Virus record (IMG/VR): IMGVR_UViG_3300049489_000283
Span: 27,550-91,549 of that record
DNA: 64,000 bases
Direction: 5' to 3' (one strand)
Source: a virus
Shown one piece after another: positions 9,615 to 20,632 of this stretch; within the stretch, counting starts at the first letter, position 1, and each line of letters starts with the position of its first letter. Made by a program: the position numbers and the translations under genes. The notes beneath the pieces are model-generated. The model had not been told where the DNA came from. It saw only the letters and a program-made list of their open reading frames with translations, and made no database searches.

Positions 9615-12600
9615 ATGGCATCAGAAGATCGTGACGTACTGTTTCGCATTGGGTTCGCGGAACATCCGCAGGCCAGTGCAGCGCTTGAGAAGATGGCCGA
9701 CGCTGTCGAAGGCGCCCAGGTCCAGATGTCTGGTTCGTCCAGCAAGCTGTCCAAGCAGGTCGTCTCCCAGGTCAGTGCCGTTAGCCAAGCTGTCCAAGCA
9801 TCGACAGCAACGATCGATAAGCTGACCCAGAAGCTGGACACGATCGTCAAGCAGCGAATGAGCGTCCTGGACGCCGCCAACAAGGCGGCTGGATCTTCGA
9901 GGGGCTCTGGTGGATCTGGCCGATCCGGAGGCGGCGACAGCACGCAGGCGATGCTTGGTATCGATCCGAAGTATCAGGCGATCCAGGATAAGTTCCTGGA
10001 AGACGTGCGGACGTTTGATGAGAAGCTGGCCAGCTTGACCCAGGAGCGAATCGACTTCATCGATCAGTTCCATCGCAAGAGCACAGAGGACGAGCAGAAG
10101 TACGCGACCAGAATGAAGGATCTCTTCGGGGATCAGTACGAGAACGTGGTGAAGTACGTCGATCAGGTCAAGAAGCTGATCGAGTCGCATCGCGACCAGA
10201 TGGAGGTGTTGGCGGACGCAGGGACTGGCCAGAAGCCCGGCGTCGATGACGACCGAATGAAGGAGGCCAGGAACTCGATCGCGGAATTCCATGACTTCCT
10301 CGCTGGTGCCGGTGGTGAACTAGAGGAGGCAGTCTCGAAAAACCGCGAGATGGCCGAGATGGCGGCAAAGGAGTGGATCAGCAGGTTCCGTGGCGTCGAG
10401 CAGTCGCTCACTGAGAATTTCCGGGCTGTCACTCGCTCCGAGAAGATGATGGAGCGGATGTTCAAGAAGGCGTCTGTTGGGATTGGCCAGCTTCTTCGCG
10501 CTGCCGCTGAATGGGACATCGCCAAGAACGGATTCACGGAGAAGATGATCCGTCAGCTTCTGGTCGTCCAGGCGACGATCGACACGGTCCATGGAGCCTG
10601 GGAAACCGTCGAAGCGGTGATGAAGGGCTGGGGTGCGTTCCAGCAGATGATCGTCGCGTTTGATGGCATCCAGGCAGCCAGCGCAGCGTCAAGTCAGTTA
10701 GCGGCGGCGGGATCTGCCGAGGTCTCGACCGCGCTGAAAATGCAGGCATTGAGCGCGAGAGACGCCGCCGATGCGCACCGGATGCTGAATCGGGAGATGG
10801 GCGCTGGTCGTGGCCAGATTGGCGGCGCTGGGCGCCTCGTTGATGCGGCGATGACTGGTTCGAGCGCGATGGATGTTTCCCGTGAGGATGCGATCAAGGA
10901 GCTGAGCGAAGAGCTGAAGCAGAACCAGAGTCTCTTCAAGCGGATCTCTGAAGTGATGAACTGGCTCGGTTCGAAGATGTCCAGCATGACCGATCGTCTG
11001 AAGGAGATGCTGACCAAGGGTCTGACGCTGTCCTACGGTGTCGGTGACGCCGCCGCGACAGGTGGGGCTCAGTTGTTTGAAACCAGACAGGCCAAGGACT
11101 TGCTGGCGAAACTGGAGAGGTTCGACATCAATGACGTGAAGGTGAAGCTGAAAGACTTCGGCAAGGCTCTTGGTCCCGCTGGCCAAGCGATTGGCAATTT
11201 CGCCAAGACGATTGGCGGGACGATCGTCACGATTGGTAAAGCGATCGGCTCTGCTGGGGCTGGCGCTTTGTCTGGCGTCGGGAGCGTGGTTGGATCAGCG
11301 ATTGGCGGGAGGTTTGCCAGCGCCTCATCTGGTGCGTCTGGTGGCATGATCAGCACGGTCATGAAGACGATCACAACCACCCTGAAGCTCGCCTTGACTG
11401 GCCTTGCCAGTGTGATCTTTGCGGTGGTCGGCGGGATCGCGAAGGCAGCCGCTGCCCTATTTGCAGCGGGTTCGACGATCGGCGCCGCCGCCGCGCTTGC
11501 CGCTGGTGGATTGATCTTTGCGGGGAAGGTCATCTACGAAACAGGCCAGAGCATCTACAAGGATGGTCTGATGGCAGGCGCCGCTCTGGGCAGTTGGTCT
11601 GACAAGGTCGCCGACTCGGAGGTGAAGTTCGTCTCTTGGATCGGGAAGGTCACTGGCCTGTTCGATCTGGTTGGCGATAGCGCGGTCGAGGATGCCGAGG
11701 CTCGGAGGAAGGAGCTGGCCGAGAAGCAGCGAGACATTGACGCGATGGAGCGTCAGATTCTCGAAATCCAGATGAAGGGGGCAAGAAGCCGACTACAGAA
11801 CTCCCTGAGTTCTGAAGAGAAGATGTACGGTCTGATCTCGTCAAAGGAATCGGTCTCGCCAGCCCAAAAGATGGAGCTGCTTTCCAAGGGCGTGAACGAT
11901 CTCAAGGTCAAGCTGACGGAATTTGGCGAAACTGGATTCGACGCGACCAAGAAGCTGCGGAACCACTACGACGAGCTGTCTCGCCAATTGGCGGAATCGA
12001 GCGCGAAGGTTTATCAGAACCCAGACACCGACGAACGTGACGACGACGAGAAACAGGCGGACCTAGAGGCCCATCAGCGGCTCATGGCTGAGCACTCAGA
12101 AGTGCGTGCCGCGTTCGAGCACGAGATGAACTCTGCAATCGAACATCGAAACAGCCTCTACGAGACCCTGGAAGGCAGGCTGCGAGCACAGCGAGAAATC
12201 GTTGACAGCATGAAGAAGGATTCGGTTGAGCGGTTCCGGGAAGAGCTTAATGGGATCGAGGAGGTTGTCCGCGCTCGCCAGAAAGAAATCGACAAGATCA
12301 AGGAATCTACCAAGGAGCTAATCGATCGTTACAAGGTCGAGAATGAACAGGAGTCGAAGGGGTCTGATCGTGACTTTGCTAACCTGAGCAAGTACGAGCA
12401 AAAGAAGTTTCTTGGGCTGATCAACCGCGCTAAGTCTGGCGAGAGCGACTTCAGCGATAAAGAGCTTGAGCTACTCGGTCGAGTCAGGACCGATTTCACG
12501 GAAAAGCTGGTCCAGGACTCTGCTAGCCGAGAGGCTCGCGCCGCCGGTTTCGATTCCAGCTCGCTGATCGATACCTCCGAGCAGCAGCGTGAGCTGGCTC

Positions 12601-12962
12601 AGAAGCAGCAAGAATACCAGAAGGAGCGAGCCGCCCAGGACGAACAGGCCAAGAAGCTGGCCCTTATGTTCAACATCCCGATCGAGGTCGCTCGCCAGAA
12701 GATTGATGAGATGACCAAGAAGGAGAAGGAGACCGGCAAGCAGGTCGATATTGTGGACAAGCGAGCAGTCGAGCTGAAGCTGACATCCAATTTTGATGCC
12801 CAGATGTCGAAGCTCGAAGAGCGGCTGGTTGAGATCTTCAAGGCCCAAGAGGCCCAAGAAGACGCCAGGATTCAAGCGTCTGTTTACCGCGCGATGGAGG
12901 CGGCGAAGCTACAGAATCAGGCCAAGCGCCAGGGAGAAAAAGCAGCCTCGCAAGTCAAGTGA
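9615..12962 (+). CDS. Tape measure protein
   Basis: 1115 aa, helical/coiled-coil with a central Ala/Gly hydrophobic stretch; follows the G/GT pair. Confidence 0.9.
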   Translation: MASEDRDVLFRIGFAEHPQASAALEKMADAVEGAQVQMSGSSSKLSKQVVSQVSAVSQAVQASTATIDKLTQKLDTIVKQRMSVLDAANKAAGSSRGSGGSGRSGGGDSTQAMLGIDPKYQAIQDKFLEDVRTFDEKLASLTQERIDFIDQFHRKSTEDEQKYATRMKDLFGDQYENVVKYVDQVKKLIESHRDQMEVLADAGTGQKPGVDDDRMKEARNSIAEFHDFLAGAGGELEEAVSKNREMAEMAAKEWISRFRGVEQSLTENFRAVTRSEKMMERMFKKASVGIGQLLRAAAEWDIAKNGFTEKMIRQLLVVQATIDTVHGAWETVEAVMKGWGAFQQMIVAFDGIQAASAASSQLAAAGSAEVSTALKMQALSARDAADAHRMLNREMGAGRGQIGGAGRLVDAAMTGSSAMDVSREDAIKELSEELKQNQSLFKRISEVMNWLGSKMSSMTDRLKEMLTKGLTLSYGVGDAAATGGAQLFETRQAKDLLAKLERFDINDVKVKLKDFGKALGPAGQAIGNFAKTIGGTIVTIGKAIGSAGAGALSGVGSVVGSAIGGRFASASSGASGGMISTVMKTITTTLKLALTGLASVIFAVVGGIAKAAAALFAAGSTIGAAAALAAGGLIFAGKVIYETGQSIYKDGLMAGAALGSWSDKVADSEVKFVSWIGKVTGLFDLVGDSAVEDAEARRKELAEKQRDIDAMERQILEIQMKGARSRLQNSLSSEEKMYGLISSKESVSPAQKMELLSKGVNDLKVKLTEFGETGFDATKKLRNHYDELSRQLAESSAKVYQNPDTDERDDDEKQADLEAHQRLMAEHSEVRAAFEHEMNSAIEHRNSLYETLEGRLRAQREIVDSMKKDSVERFREELNGIEEVVRARQKEIDKIKESTKELIDRYKVENEQESKGSDRDFANLSKYEQKKFLGLINRAKSGESDFSDKELELLGRVRTDFTEKLVQDSASREARAAGFDSSSLIDTSEQQRELAQKQQEYQKERAAQDEQAKKLALMFNIPIEVARQKIDEMTKKEKETGKQVDIVDKRAVELKLTSNFDAQMSKLEERLVEIFKAQEAQEDARIQASVYRAMEAAKLQNQAKRQGEKAASQVK

Positions 12963-13022
12963 TCGCTGGTGAAAAGAACATGAGGTCATCCTGACCTCCT
13001 GATCTCGTCTCAATTCGTTTCA

Positions 13023-13817
13023 CTATGGTCCGGGCAACTCGATCCCCATCGCGGCAAGATCCTCTGGCCAGAGCATGTCTGACGTTCCCTTGTTTCCGAA
13101 CTCTGGTTCGCCGATCTTCCGCCGGAAGTTGTCCACCGATCGCTTTTGGGCGATGAGCATCCGGACGTGCCGTTGGTCGGCTTCGGAGAGAATCTTGAGA
13201 TCGACCGTGATCTTCGTGTAGTCCGGCTTCATGATCGTGACTCGCTCGCCGTCCGACGAGTAGAACGCGCCGGTCAGCTTGCTCCCGTGGACCGCGTTCG
13301 TCCAGACTCGCTTGTAAGGGAGCGGCTTGGGTGGGAGCGAGTGGGTTGGCTTAGGAGGCTCGCCGCCCGGTCTTGCGACGAAGACCTTCTTGCTGCCACC
13401 GGCGACCGTTTCGTAGATCTCTGTGTCGAACACCTGAAGCATGACGCTACTAGGGAATCGGCTCTCGTCGGCGTACCTCCTGGTATCGAACTCGACCACC
13501 TTGATCTTGACGCCGGTTTTTTTGTTGATCACGTAGGCTTCCGTCTCGCTGACGATCTGGTCGAACTCGCAGCCTGGGGCAGTTCCGAACGAGTCTATGG
13601 CCAGATGCTGGAATGACAGGGAAGGGGTGTTGTCGAACACGATCTCCTTGTGTTTCCCGCTCTTCATCAGCGAGTCGATTTCAAATTGGTTGTTCCATTC
13701 CCTAGACTCTCCTTTCCGGAGTCCGATGGGAAGTGGTGGAAGTTTCTTGGTCGGCACTTGGCCGACCGCTGTGGCCGCTAGGGCCAGGATCACGATCACT
13801 GTGATGTTGGTTCGCAT
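13023..13817 (-). CDS. Secreted protein with SHD1 (SLA1 homology domain 1); moron-like
   Basis: N-terminal signal peptide; 'RVWTN...LTGAFYSSDGERVTIMKPD...VDLKILSEADQRHV'; antisense to the tail operon. Confidence 0.75.
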   Translation of the reverse strand: MRTNITVIVILALAATAVGQVPTKKLPPLPIGLRKGESREWNNQFEIDSLMKSGKHKEIVFDNTPSLSFQHLAIDSFGTAPGCEFDQIVSETEAYVINKKTGVKIKVVEFDTRRYADESRFPSSVMLQVFDTEIYETVAGGSKKVFVARPGGEPPKPTHSLPPKPLPYKRVWTNAVHGSKLTGAFYSSDGERVTIMKPDYTKITVDLKILSEADQRHVRMLIAQKRSVDNFRRKIGEPEFGNKGTSDMLWPEDLAAMGIELPGP

Positions 13818-13889
13818 AAGTTCACTCCTATGCTTCTGGTGTTTCTGTAGCTCTACCTCGCTGGATTGGGAAGTTCCGCCCCTATTTGC

Positions 13890-13918
13890 ATTGCACTAAA
13901 CCAGTGGTGTTAGGGCGC
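13890..13918 (-). promoter_or_regulatory. Variant promoter-like motif GCGCCC-N18-GCA upstream of the SHD1 gene
   Basis: Same 18-nt spacing as the other copies. Confidence 0.5.
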
Positions 13919-13999
13919 GCAATCTGGGCAGAATTCTCAAGATAGTCTGAATCGCCGCTCCGTTCTGGAAAATGGCCCTGGTTTTTGCTCTCTATCGGC

Positions 14000-14734
14000 A
14001 TGAGCACATCCCAGGTCATTATCGGTTCCACGTTGCTCCGCGTCGGCTCCGTCGGGGTATCGATCAGCGGCGATTACGAGCTGGATGCCACCGGTGTCCC
14101 GTGGCTCAAGAATGAGGTCTGGGACATGGAGATCAAGCTCCTTGCCGAAGAGGGAAACCTCGACAACCAGATCCGGAACCTGGAGCTGGCTCTCATCAGC
14201 CTACCGGACAAGATCGGTGTCTTGAAAGACGGGAATCCCACGGCCCACTACGTCCATATCTCCGAGACGCTGGGCGGGATCAGGCCGGTTCGGCCCCCGA
14301 GTTACAACCGGTTTCAGCAGGGCGAGCTAGTGACCTACAGGTCGGTAACCGCTTCGTTCATGCTCACCAAGCCGCTCTACGTGAGTCCCTACCAGATTGT
14401 CGAATTCAATGAAACGGTCCCGCAGGTCAGGGCAGCGAGGACTCTGGCTGTCTTGCAGCCGAACTTCGGTCGCGCGGTGGTCCAGCAGATTCGACAGTAT
14501 CAGCACTCCAAGGTGACTCAGACCGGGACGGTTGTTTACGCCAGGGCTTATGGTCCAATCCCTCCGCCGCTGTTCAATGTCGGTCAGGTTGGCCCACCGC
14601 AGATCACCCCGAGGTCTCCGAGAAAGATTGGGCACGGACAGTATGCTGCCGAGGTGGCGTTCCCGATCGACTACACCTACGAGTTCGTTTCCCCTTATTC
14701 ACTGTCGGCGCTGCCGACCTATTGGATTAGCTGA
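14000..14734 (+). CDS. Putative distal tail protein
   Basis: First + strand gene after the tape measure; ~245 aa. Confidence 0.5.
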   Translation: MSTSQVIIGSTLLRVGSVGVSISGDYELDATGVPWLKNEVWDMEIKLLAEEGNLDNQIRNLELALISLPDKIGVLKDGNPTAHYVHISETLGGIRPVRPPSYNRFQQGELVTYRSVTASFMLTKPLYVSPYQIVEFNETVPQVRAARTLAVLQPNFGRAVVQQIRQYQHSKVTQTGTVVYARAYGPIPPPLFNVGQVGPPQITPRSPRKIGHGQYAAEVAFPIDYTYEFVSPYSLSALPTYWIS

Positions 14735-16557
14735 TGAGCAGCGAATACGTGTCAGGGCAGTTCACGTTCCCTGGTATTCAGGGCGTGCTGTCCGCAAGCA
14801 TGACGATCACCAACGGGATCGCTCCGAGTGTCATGCAGGTTTCGGTTCCCTATGAGGACCGCTTGCTGACCGAGGTACCCAGAGTAGGCGTTGCCAACTG
14901 GTACTACGGTGGCCAGTTGATCAGGTCGTTCCCCTACAGCGCTGTCGGAGACGTGAATGTCTCTCGGGCCGAGGGGGTTGTGTGGAACCTGTCGATCCTG
15001 GACCGCCGGTGGATGTGGAAGGGATACGTGATCTCTGGCGAATACAACGTCAAGATCAGCGATAAGCTGGCTGTTGTTCGCGAATTCCCTCGAACACCCA
15101 GGCAGCTTGCGACCCTATGCTTGCAAGCGATGGGCGAAGTCGGATTCAACGTCTTGGCGCTCCCAGGAGATGATTACCCCTATGTGAAGTGGGAGGTTGA
15201 AAATCCCGCGAACGCTCTAGCGAGCATCTGTGAGATGTATGGCTGCGAGGTGTCGCTCCAGATGGATAACACGGTCAAGATCGTTCGCAGGGGCGAGGGA
15301 CGTGCGATCCCGTATCAACTTGGTCTGTCAAAGCAGTTGTCGATCGATCATGTGTTCGATCCGGCTGAGTATCCCCAGAAGATTGTCTGCTTCAGTGCGC
15401 CGGTGGAGTGGGACGCTGATCTGCCGTTGATGCCGGTTGGGGTCGAGATTGACGACACGATCAAGAAGCCGGAGGAGCTGTCGTACATCATTGCATCAGG
15501 CAAGACGTGGTACGAGATGCAGCCTGAATTCACTGACATTCCGGATAAGCGAGCAAGGAAGCTAGCCGTTGAGAATCTCGGTCGCTTGTGGCGAGTCGAT
15601 GCTGAAAAACTCAAGCAATGGCAAATAGAGGCAGGCAGGGTGTATCTCGATGGCGGATTGGTTCCAGTCGAGGATGTCAGACAGTTGCTTCCACTGATCC
15701 CTCGCCAAGTTCAAACGATTCTTGTTGACGGAGAAGTGAAGAACGCAGAGCCGTATGTTTGGGGCTACTTCTTTCGTGACAACGCCAGATTTGGAATAAC
15801 GAAAGAATTCACAGAACAGGACATTGAAGACATGGAGGATCTTGGCAAGATCCCCGTGGATTTTCGCCAGCTAGTCTATACGGGCAGCATCCAGATCGAT
15901 GCTGAGAAAGGCACTGTGAAGTTTGATGAGCCAGTTTATGCGTGGGACGCCGGAGTCGGGGACGCCACCGAAAACATAGAACAGAGGTCAATAGAGTCAG
16001 CAAGGCTGTTCTTGAAATGCACGGTCAATCTCTACCACAAGGAAACGCGCGAGGTTCAGCGATATTACCGAGAGATGTCGATTGACCCGTCGAGTCCACT
16101 GACGGCGATGTACGAGGTTCGCGACGACGTTTCGATGTTCCGGTACAAGAAGAAGAAAGAGACAACGGAAGAAGAAACCGGAAAGAAGATGGTCGAGTGG
16201 GTCTGGGAGGACAATGCTCCGAAGGCTAGTGACAAGCTGGATTTCTATTTGTTTCAGATGGCGCAGGCATACCAGTCATTCCCAGCCGCCACGGCAAACT
16301 TCACCGGGTTCATCCCGATGGGGACCGACGGGGCGATTCGTCAGGTTGGGTATTCGATCGATGCGTCCGGCGCCGCTACCAGCACGGTGGAGTACAACCG
16401 AGAAGACTCGCTCAAGACGCTGACGTTTGATGAAATGAGGCATCGCCAGAAGACGGCTGTGTACCGCAAGAGGAACGAACTCCTAGCCCAATCGAAGTCG
16501 CCAGATCCGAAGCAGCTCGCAGCATTGAACAAAGAGTACAGGAGGTTTGACGACTAA
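14734..16557 (+). CDS. Putative baseplate hub / tail tip protein
   Basis: 607 aa; 'LSILDRRWMWK', 'PANALASICEMYGC'; translationally coupled; synteny. Confidence 0.55.
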   Translation: MSSEYVSGQFTFPGIQGVLSASMTITNGIAPSVMQVSVPYEDRLLTEVPRVGVANWYYGGQLIRSFPYSAVGDVNVSRAEGVVWNLSILDRRWMWKGYVISGEYNVKISDKLAVVREFPRTPRQLATLCLQAMGEVGFNVLALPGDDYPYVKWEVENPANALASICEMYGCEVSLQMDNTVKIVRRGEGRAIPYQLGLSKQLSIDHVFDPAEYPQKIVCFSAPVEWDADLPLMPVGVEIDDTIKKPEELSYIIASGKTWYEMQPEFTDIPDKRARKLAVENLGRLWRVDAEKLKQWQIEAGRVYLDGGLVPVEDVRQLLPLIPRQVQTILVDGEVKNAEPYVWGYFFRDNARFGITKEFTEQDIEDMEDLGKIPVDFRQLVYTGSIQIDAEKGTVKFDEPVYAWDAGVGDATENIEQRSIESARLFLKCTVNLYHKETREVQRYYREMSIDPSSPLTAMYEVRDDVSMFRYKKKKETTEEETGKKMVEWVWEDNAPKASDKLDFYLFQMAQAYQSFPAATANFTGFIPMGTDGAIRQVGYSIDASGAATSTVEYNREDSLKTLTFDEMRHRQKTAVYRKRNELLAQSKSPDPKQLAALNKEYRRFDD

Positions 16558-17288
16558 TGGCTCGCGACAATCTGTTCAGAAAGGATTTCCAACAGGGTCA
16601 GGCGGTCGTCAAGTTCAAGAACACGACGAACCTGTCTGTTCCTCCGTATGCTGCCATGATCATCACGTCATTCATAGATGACGAGGACACTGGCGAGCCG
16701 ATCGCGCAGGTGCGCCAATGCACGAACGATGATGAGAAGATGCAGCTACCTTCAAGCCTGCTCTTCAATCAGCACTTCCCGATTCCGGCCAGTGGGACAG
16801 GATGGGGGTCACAGTCGATCCCTTGTTACACGATGCTTGGTGGTCCGGCGCTTTCGCCTCCGAGCGAGCCCGGTGGCGATGCGGTCCCGACGACCAACGA
16901 GTACGAGCCGGTTTTGTTTGACCATGTGGGTCCGATGGCCGGATCATGGCAGTTGTGGCCTGGAGGTCTAACGCACACGATCCAGCAGATCACCATCAAC
17001 AAGACCAAGCGATACGCGGTCGTGACCGAGAGCCAGTCGTTCGGCGCGTTGATTGAGCATCCGGCGTTTCCGGCGATGCCATCGACCAGCGTGGTGACTC
17101 CGGTCCAGTGCAAGGTTTGGATGATCCGCAAGAAGTCTGGCAAGGAAACCTTCATGGTCTCCAAGGGGATCTCCAGTCGTGCGGTTGCCGTCAACGTCTG
17201 GCATGTTGGCAGGAAGCCTGTGTCGGCTGGCAAGGGTCAGGCGAAGCTGTGCGGCAATAAGTGGTTGCTTGACGTTTCGTACTGCTAG
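16557..17288 (+). CDS. Tail-associated hypothetical protein
   Basis: Coupled ORF in the tail operon. Confidence 0.55.
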   Translation: MARDNLFRKDFQQGQAVVKFKNTTNLSVPPYAAMIITSFIDDEDTGEPIAQVRQCTNDDEKMQLPSSLLFNQHFPIPASGTGWGSQSIPCYTMLGGPALSPPSEPGGDAVPTTNEYEPVLFDHVGPMAGSWQLWPGGLTHTIQQITINKTKRYAVVTESQSFGALIEHPAFPAMPSTSVVTPVQCKVWMIRKKSGKETFMVSKGISSRAVAVNVWHVGRKPVSAGKGQAKLCGNKWLLDVSYC

Positions 17289-17299
17289 GGCTTATCTCG

Positions 17300-20200
17300 A
17301 TGTCGTTCAAGACCGGAAACCCTGGGTGCAAATGCTGTGGCTGCGCCGGGCAGTATTGGGACTTCTCGGTTGGGCAGTATTTCCCAACGGCCCATTGCCT
17401 TGTTCATACCAGAAGGGTCATTGATGTCAGTGCCGTCACTACCACGGTGACGAAGGTGTATGTCGGAGGCGTCCTGAACTCTACGAACACGTCGAGCGCC
17501 CCGGCAGTGGAGTCTTCGGAGGAGATCGAGACCGACACGATCGACGACATCGCGGCTGCTGGTCGCTTCCGGTTTGTTCTCCATGATGTGATCGTCAATT
17601 CAAACCCGGTGACCACGGTGACGGCGGGGTCGGCAGAGAGTGGCAACTACACGACCACAACGGTCTCGACCAAGACGACCACGGAGGAGACGGTCTACGT
17701 CGATCGGCGGCTGACTCTCCAGTTCCTGGTTGCCGATGAGTATCGGTTCGGAAAGAACTACCCAGATGGATCGGACGTGCTGAAGAAGGCGTTCGTGGAC
17801 TTCACGGTGTCGAAGTTCTTCTATGGTCCGACCCAGAAGACAGATCCCAATACGCTCTCGGTGGATGGGTTCTACATTGCGGTTGATGCGGAGTTGCCAG
17901 CCGACATCGCTGAGTTCGATGCGCTGGTGGGCGACACGGCTGACTCGCATACCTATGGATCTGGCTACCAATCGAAGGAGATGCTGCCGCTGATTCCGTC
18001 CGGGACAGTGTCTACGGTTTCAATTCTGTTTGACATCACGGACACGGATACCGGCGCGCAGATCGACAATACCAACCTGTTGATCTCAGAGAGAAGTCTT
18101 CCGCTGCCGACACCGACCGGCACACTCAACTGGCGAGAGGCTCTCCGGAGAACCAGCGACGGGGTCTATGAGACTCTCAGCGAGCTTCCGATCCAGGACT
18201 ATCTGCTGGATTTCTTCCCGGCGTTCTACACCAATGCGCTCGGAGTCCAGGGTACCGAGATCACGTTTGAGTTCTTCACGAAGGACGAGGAGGGTGCGAA
18301 CGAGATCCATTACGAACAGACGTGGTGGGCTGAGCCGACGGGAGTGGAGGCGCCAAAGTTCTCTCCGGCAGATCCGCCAAGGTATTACTGGGAGGTGAAG
18401 TCGGATGGCTCCGCTGGCGCATGGGTTCATGGGCGACCAGCGATCCCGCAGGCAACTTGGCCGGGTACGCCGCTCACTTTGGCGCTTGGTGTTCCGGTGG
18501 CGTCGTTCACGGTTCGAGACGAGGTGATCTCGATCCCAGGCGGTTATCAGATTCGAGAGGGCGTGAAGTACAACTACGTCTCGATCCCGTATCACGTCCC
18601 GGACGATGAGGTTCCGCTCCCGGCGATGTTCATGCGGATCAGGGTCAGCTCACCGGTGACGGATCTCGGGCTGGCGAGATGGACCGATGTTCAGCACAAG
18701 AAAGAAGAGCGGAACCTTGAGTGTCCTGAGTCGGTGGCTTGTCGGGACATCTCTCCGTACCATCATCCCGAGTTCAAGCTCAAGTCGATCTCGATTCCAG
18801 GCTTCACTCTCAAGCCGCTGGAGTCGGTGACGTACGCGGGATGCGGAACGGTGTTCCAAACCAAAACTCTCCAGGCCAATCCAGATCTCAAGTGGGTTCG
18901 CTTCGGTGAGTACACGGTGACCTACGCTCAGGAGTACAGGCCAACTTCGAGCCCTGTGTACTATGTCAGCCAGACTGTTGTCACGGGGAGTCGCCCAGCT
19001 CAGTGCGCCCCAGGTTGCGCTGCCGCCACTTGGCTCCCTGCCGTTGATATTTCTGAATATGACTACCACATCATTTGGGGTCCGCCTTCGTCAGCTCCCA
19101 TCTACGAATCAGCAACGTCAGTGTCTGCGTACAAGTGTAACTCGCGGCCATTCAAGTCGTTGGTGACAGTAAACCCTCCAGACGTAGGTAACGATCCGTT
19201 CTTCTTTCTTGCCTACTGCAACAATGACGGAACAGGGACTCGCTATATTTCTTCATACGCTCTTCCGTACAACGTCTACGAGGTGAACAACACTTGGCAA
19301 TTTGAGACAGAGTACCAGCATTACGATGAGCCAACTGTCTGGGACTACGAGTCAACCGACGCATCGGCGACGATCACGGTTGGCGTAGCGATCCGCTACC
19401 CATTTGACGAGCAGACATTTCTTCCTCCAATCCCTCCTCCGTTCGCAACCAAAGGGATTCTTCTTCGTGGAGCGACTCACGGAGATGGTTTGCTGTTCAT
19501 GCCGCTCGTGAGAAACGTGGCAGCAACGACATGGAAGTGCATCCATCAAGTCTTTGAACCTGACCAATCTGAGTTGCTGACGGTGGATCAGGTGACGGAG
19601 GTCCGTGGGTGGATGTCAACCACCGATACAGACATCAGATACTGGTACAAGGCAGAGAACCTCCACCAGTCATTCGATAGCACGCTGGAGTATGAGCCAC
19701 AGGAAGAAACTGGGTTCGAGGCTCCTGAAGAAGAACTGACTGTTTCTGTCACTGCTTCGATCACTTCGGTTGGATTTGCGGCGCCAAACCAGACAGACAC
19801 AGAGTGGTGTGTCGGGCCGAGTTTCTTGCGTGGCTTCGGCACCACGATCATCGCAGCGTGTGCGTTCACGAATTACCCGAACTCAGGGATTGAGATACCT
19901 CCGTACCCGTTCGATCAGGTCACCGATCCTTGTCAGTGTCCAGACTGGATCGTGAACAATGCGCCGCCGTTTCCATCGACGTTCGCCGACTCAAAGTTTT
20001 CTTTCCGAAAGTTTATTGTCGATGCAGGCACTGCGTTTGGTCACTACACATGCTCTCCGACGCCGGTTCTTAATATCGCTACTTCGAGTTTTTCAAGCAA
20101 CGAAGTTGTCGGATGGCCATCGACTTCGCCGCCAACATTCTCTCAGGGCGATGCTGTTGATTTACGGTATGCGCCGACTGGTGGCGTTGGTGTCATCTTG

Positions 20201-20632
20201 AGTTCCCACATCCCAACTGGCACGCCTCCCGGCGCTGGTGAATGGGCTGGAACATTTGAGGCGATCGGGTCAACTGTCATGTCGTGCTGTGGATCAATTC
20301 CAGGGTGCCCAGGCTCTGCTGGAGGATACGAAGGAGCTTATCTCTCTGATGGGTGCCCCTCTTACACTGGCGTGACGATCCGCTACACGAAGCACGTCCC
20401 GGCCTGGATTGGGAAGGATCTTCCGGAGATTACTTTCGGTTCCGCTGACAGAGATCGCCCAGACATCGACGTGATTGTCAACGCGGCCAAGAAGCTAACG
20501 CTTACCCCAAAGTATTCTGGGGCTGAGCTTGGTCTTGGTGGACCGAACGTGGGCGTCACTGCTGGGGTCGAGGCGTGCTATGAGATCGAGAAGAAAAGCG
20601 TCAGTGGGACCACGTTCACGATAGGGAAGTGA
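17300..20632 (+). CDS. Large Cys-containing tail tip / fibre protein
   Basis: 1110 aa, N-terminal GNPGCKCCGC, Thr/Pro/Tyr-rich beta composition. Confidence 0.55.
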   Translation: MSFKTGNPGCKCCGCAGQYWDFSVGQYFPTAHCLVHTRRVIDVSAVTTTVTKVYVGGVLNSTNTSSAPAVESSEEIETDTIDDIAAAGRFRFVLHDVIVNSNPVTTVTAGSAESGNYTTTTVSTKTTTEETVYVDRRLTLQFLVADEYRFGKNYPDGSDVLKKAFVDFTVSKFFYGPTQKTDPNTLSVDGFYIAVDAELPADIAEFDALVGDTADSHTYGSGYQSKEMLPLIPSGTVSTVSILFDITDTDTGAQIDNTNLLISERSLPLPTPTGTLNWREALRRTSDGVYETLSELPIQDYLLDFFPAFYTNALGVQGTEITFEFFTKDEEGANEIHYEQTWWAEPTGVEAPKFSPADPPRYYWEVKSDGSAGAWVHGRPAIPQATWPGTPLTLALGVPVASFTVRDEVISIPGGYQIREGVKYNYVSIPYHVPDDEVPLPAMFMRIRVSSPVTDLGLARWTDVQHKKEERNLECPESVACRDISPYHHPEFKLKSISIPGFTLKPLESVTYAGCGTVFQTKTLQANPDLKWVRFGEYTVTYAQEYRPTSSPVYYVSQTVVTGSRPAQCAPGCAAATWLPAVDISEYDYHIIWGPPSSAPIYESATSVSAYKCNSRPFKSLVTVNPPDVGNDPFFFLAYCNNDGTGTRYISSYALPYNVYEVNNTWQFETEYQHYDEPTVWDYESTDASATITVGVAIRYPFDEQTFLPPIPPPFATKGILLRGATHGDGLLFMPLVRNVAATTWKCIHQVFEPDQSELLTVDQVTEVRGWMSTTDTDIRYWYKAENLHQSFDSTLEYEPQEETGFEAPEEELTVSVTASITSVGFAAPNQTDTEWCVGPSFLRGFGTTIIAACAFTNYPNSGIEIPPYPFDQVTDPCQCPDWIVNNAPPFPSTFADSKFSFRKFIVDAGTAFGHYTCSPTPVLNIATSSFSSNEVVGWPSTSPPTFSQGDAVDLRYAPTGGVGVILSSHIPTGTPPGAGEWAGTFEAIGSTVMSCCGSIPGCPGSAGGYEGAYLSDGCPSYTGVTIRYTKHVPAWIGKDLPEITFGSADRDRPDIDVIVNAAKKLTLTPKYSGAELGLGGPNVGVTAGVEACYEIEKKSVSGTTFTIGK

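Noticed and set aside
9621-12875. Long antisense ORFs opposite the tape measure gene (and similar shadow ORFs elsewhere, e.g. 29224-30000, 34895-35632, 53280-54110)
   Set aside because: Typical GC-rich shadow frames with no motifs or RBS, fully overlapping better-supported genes.
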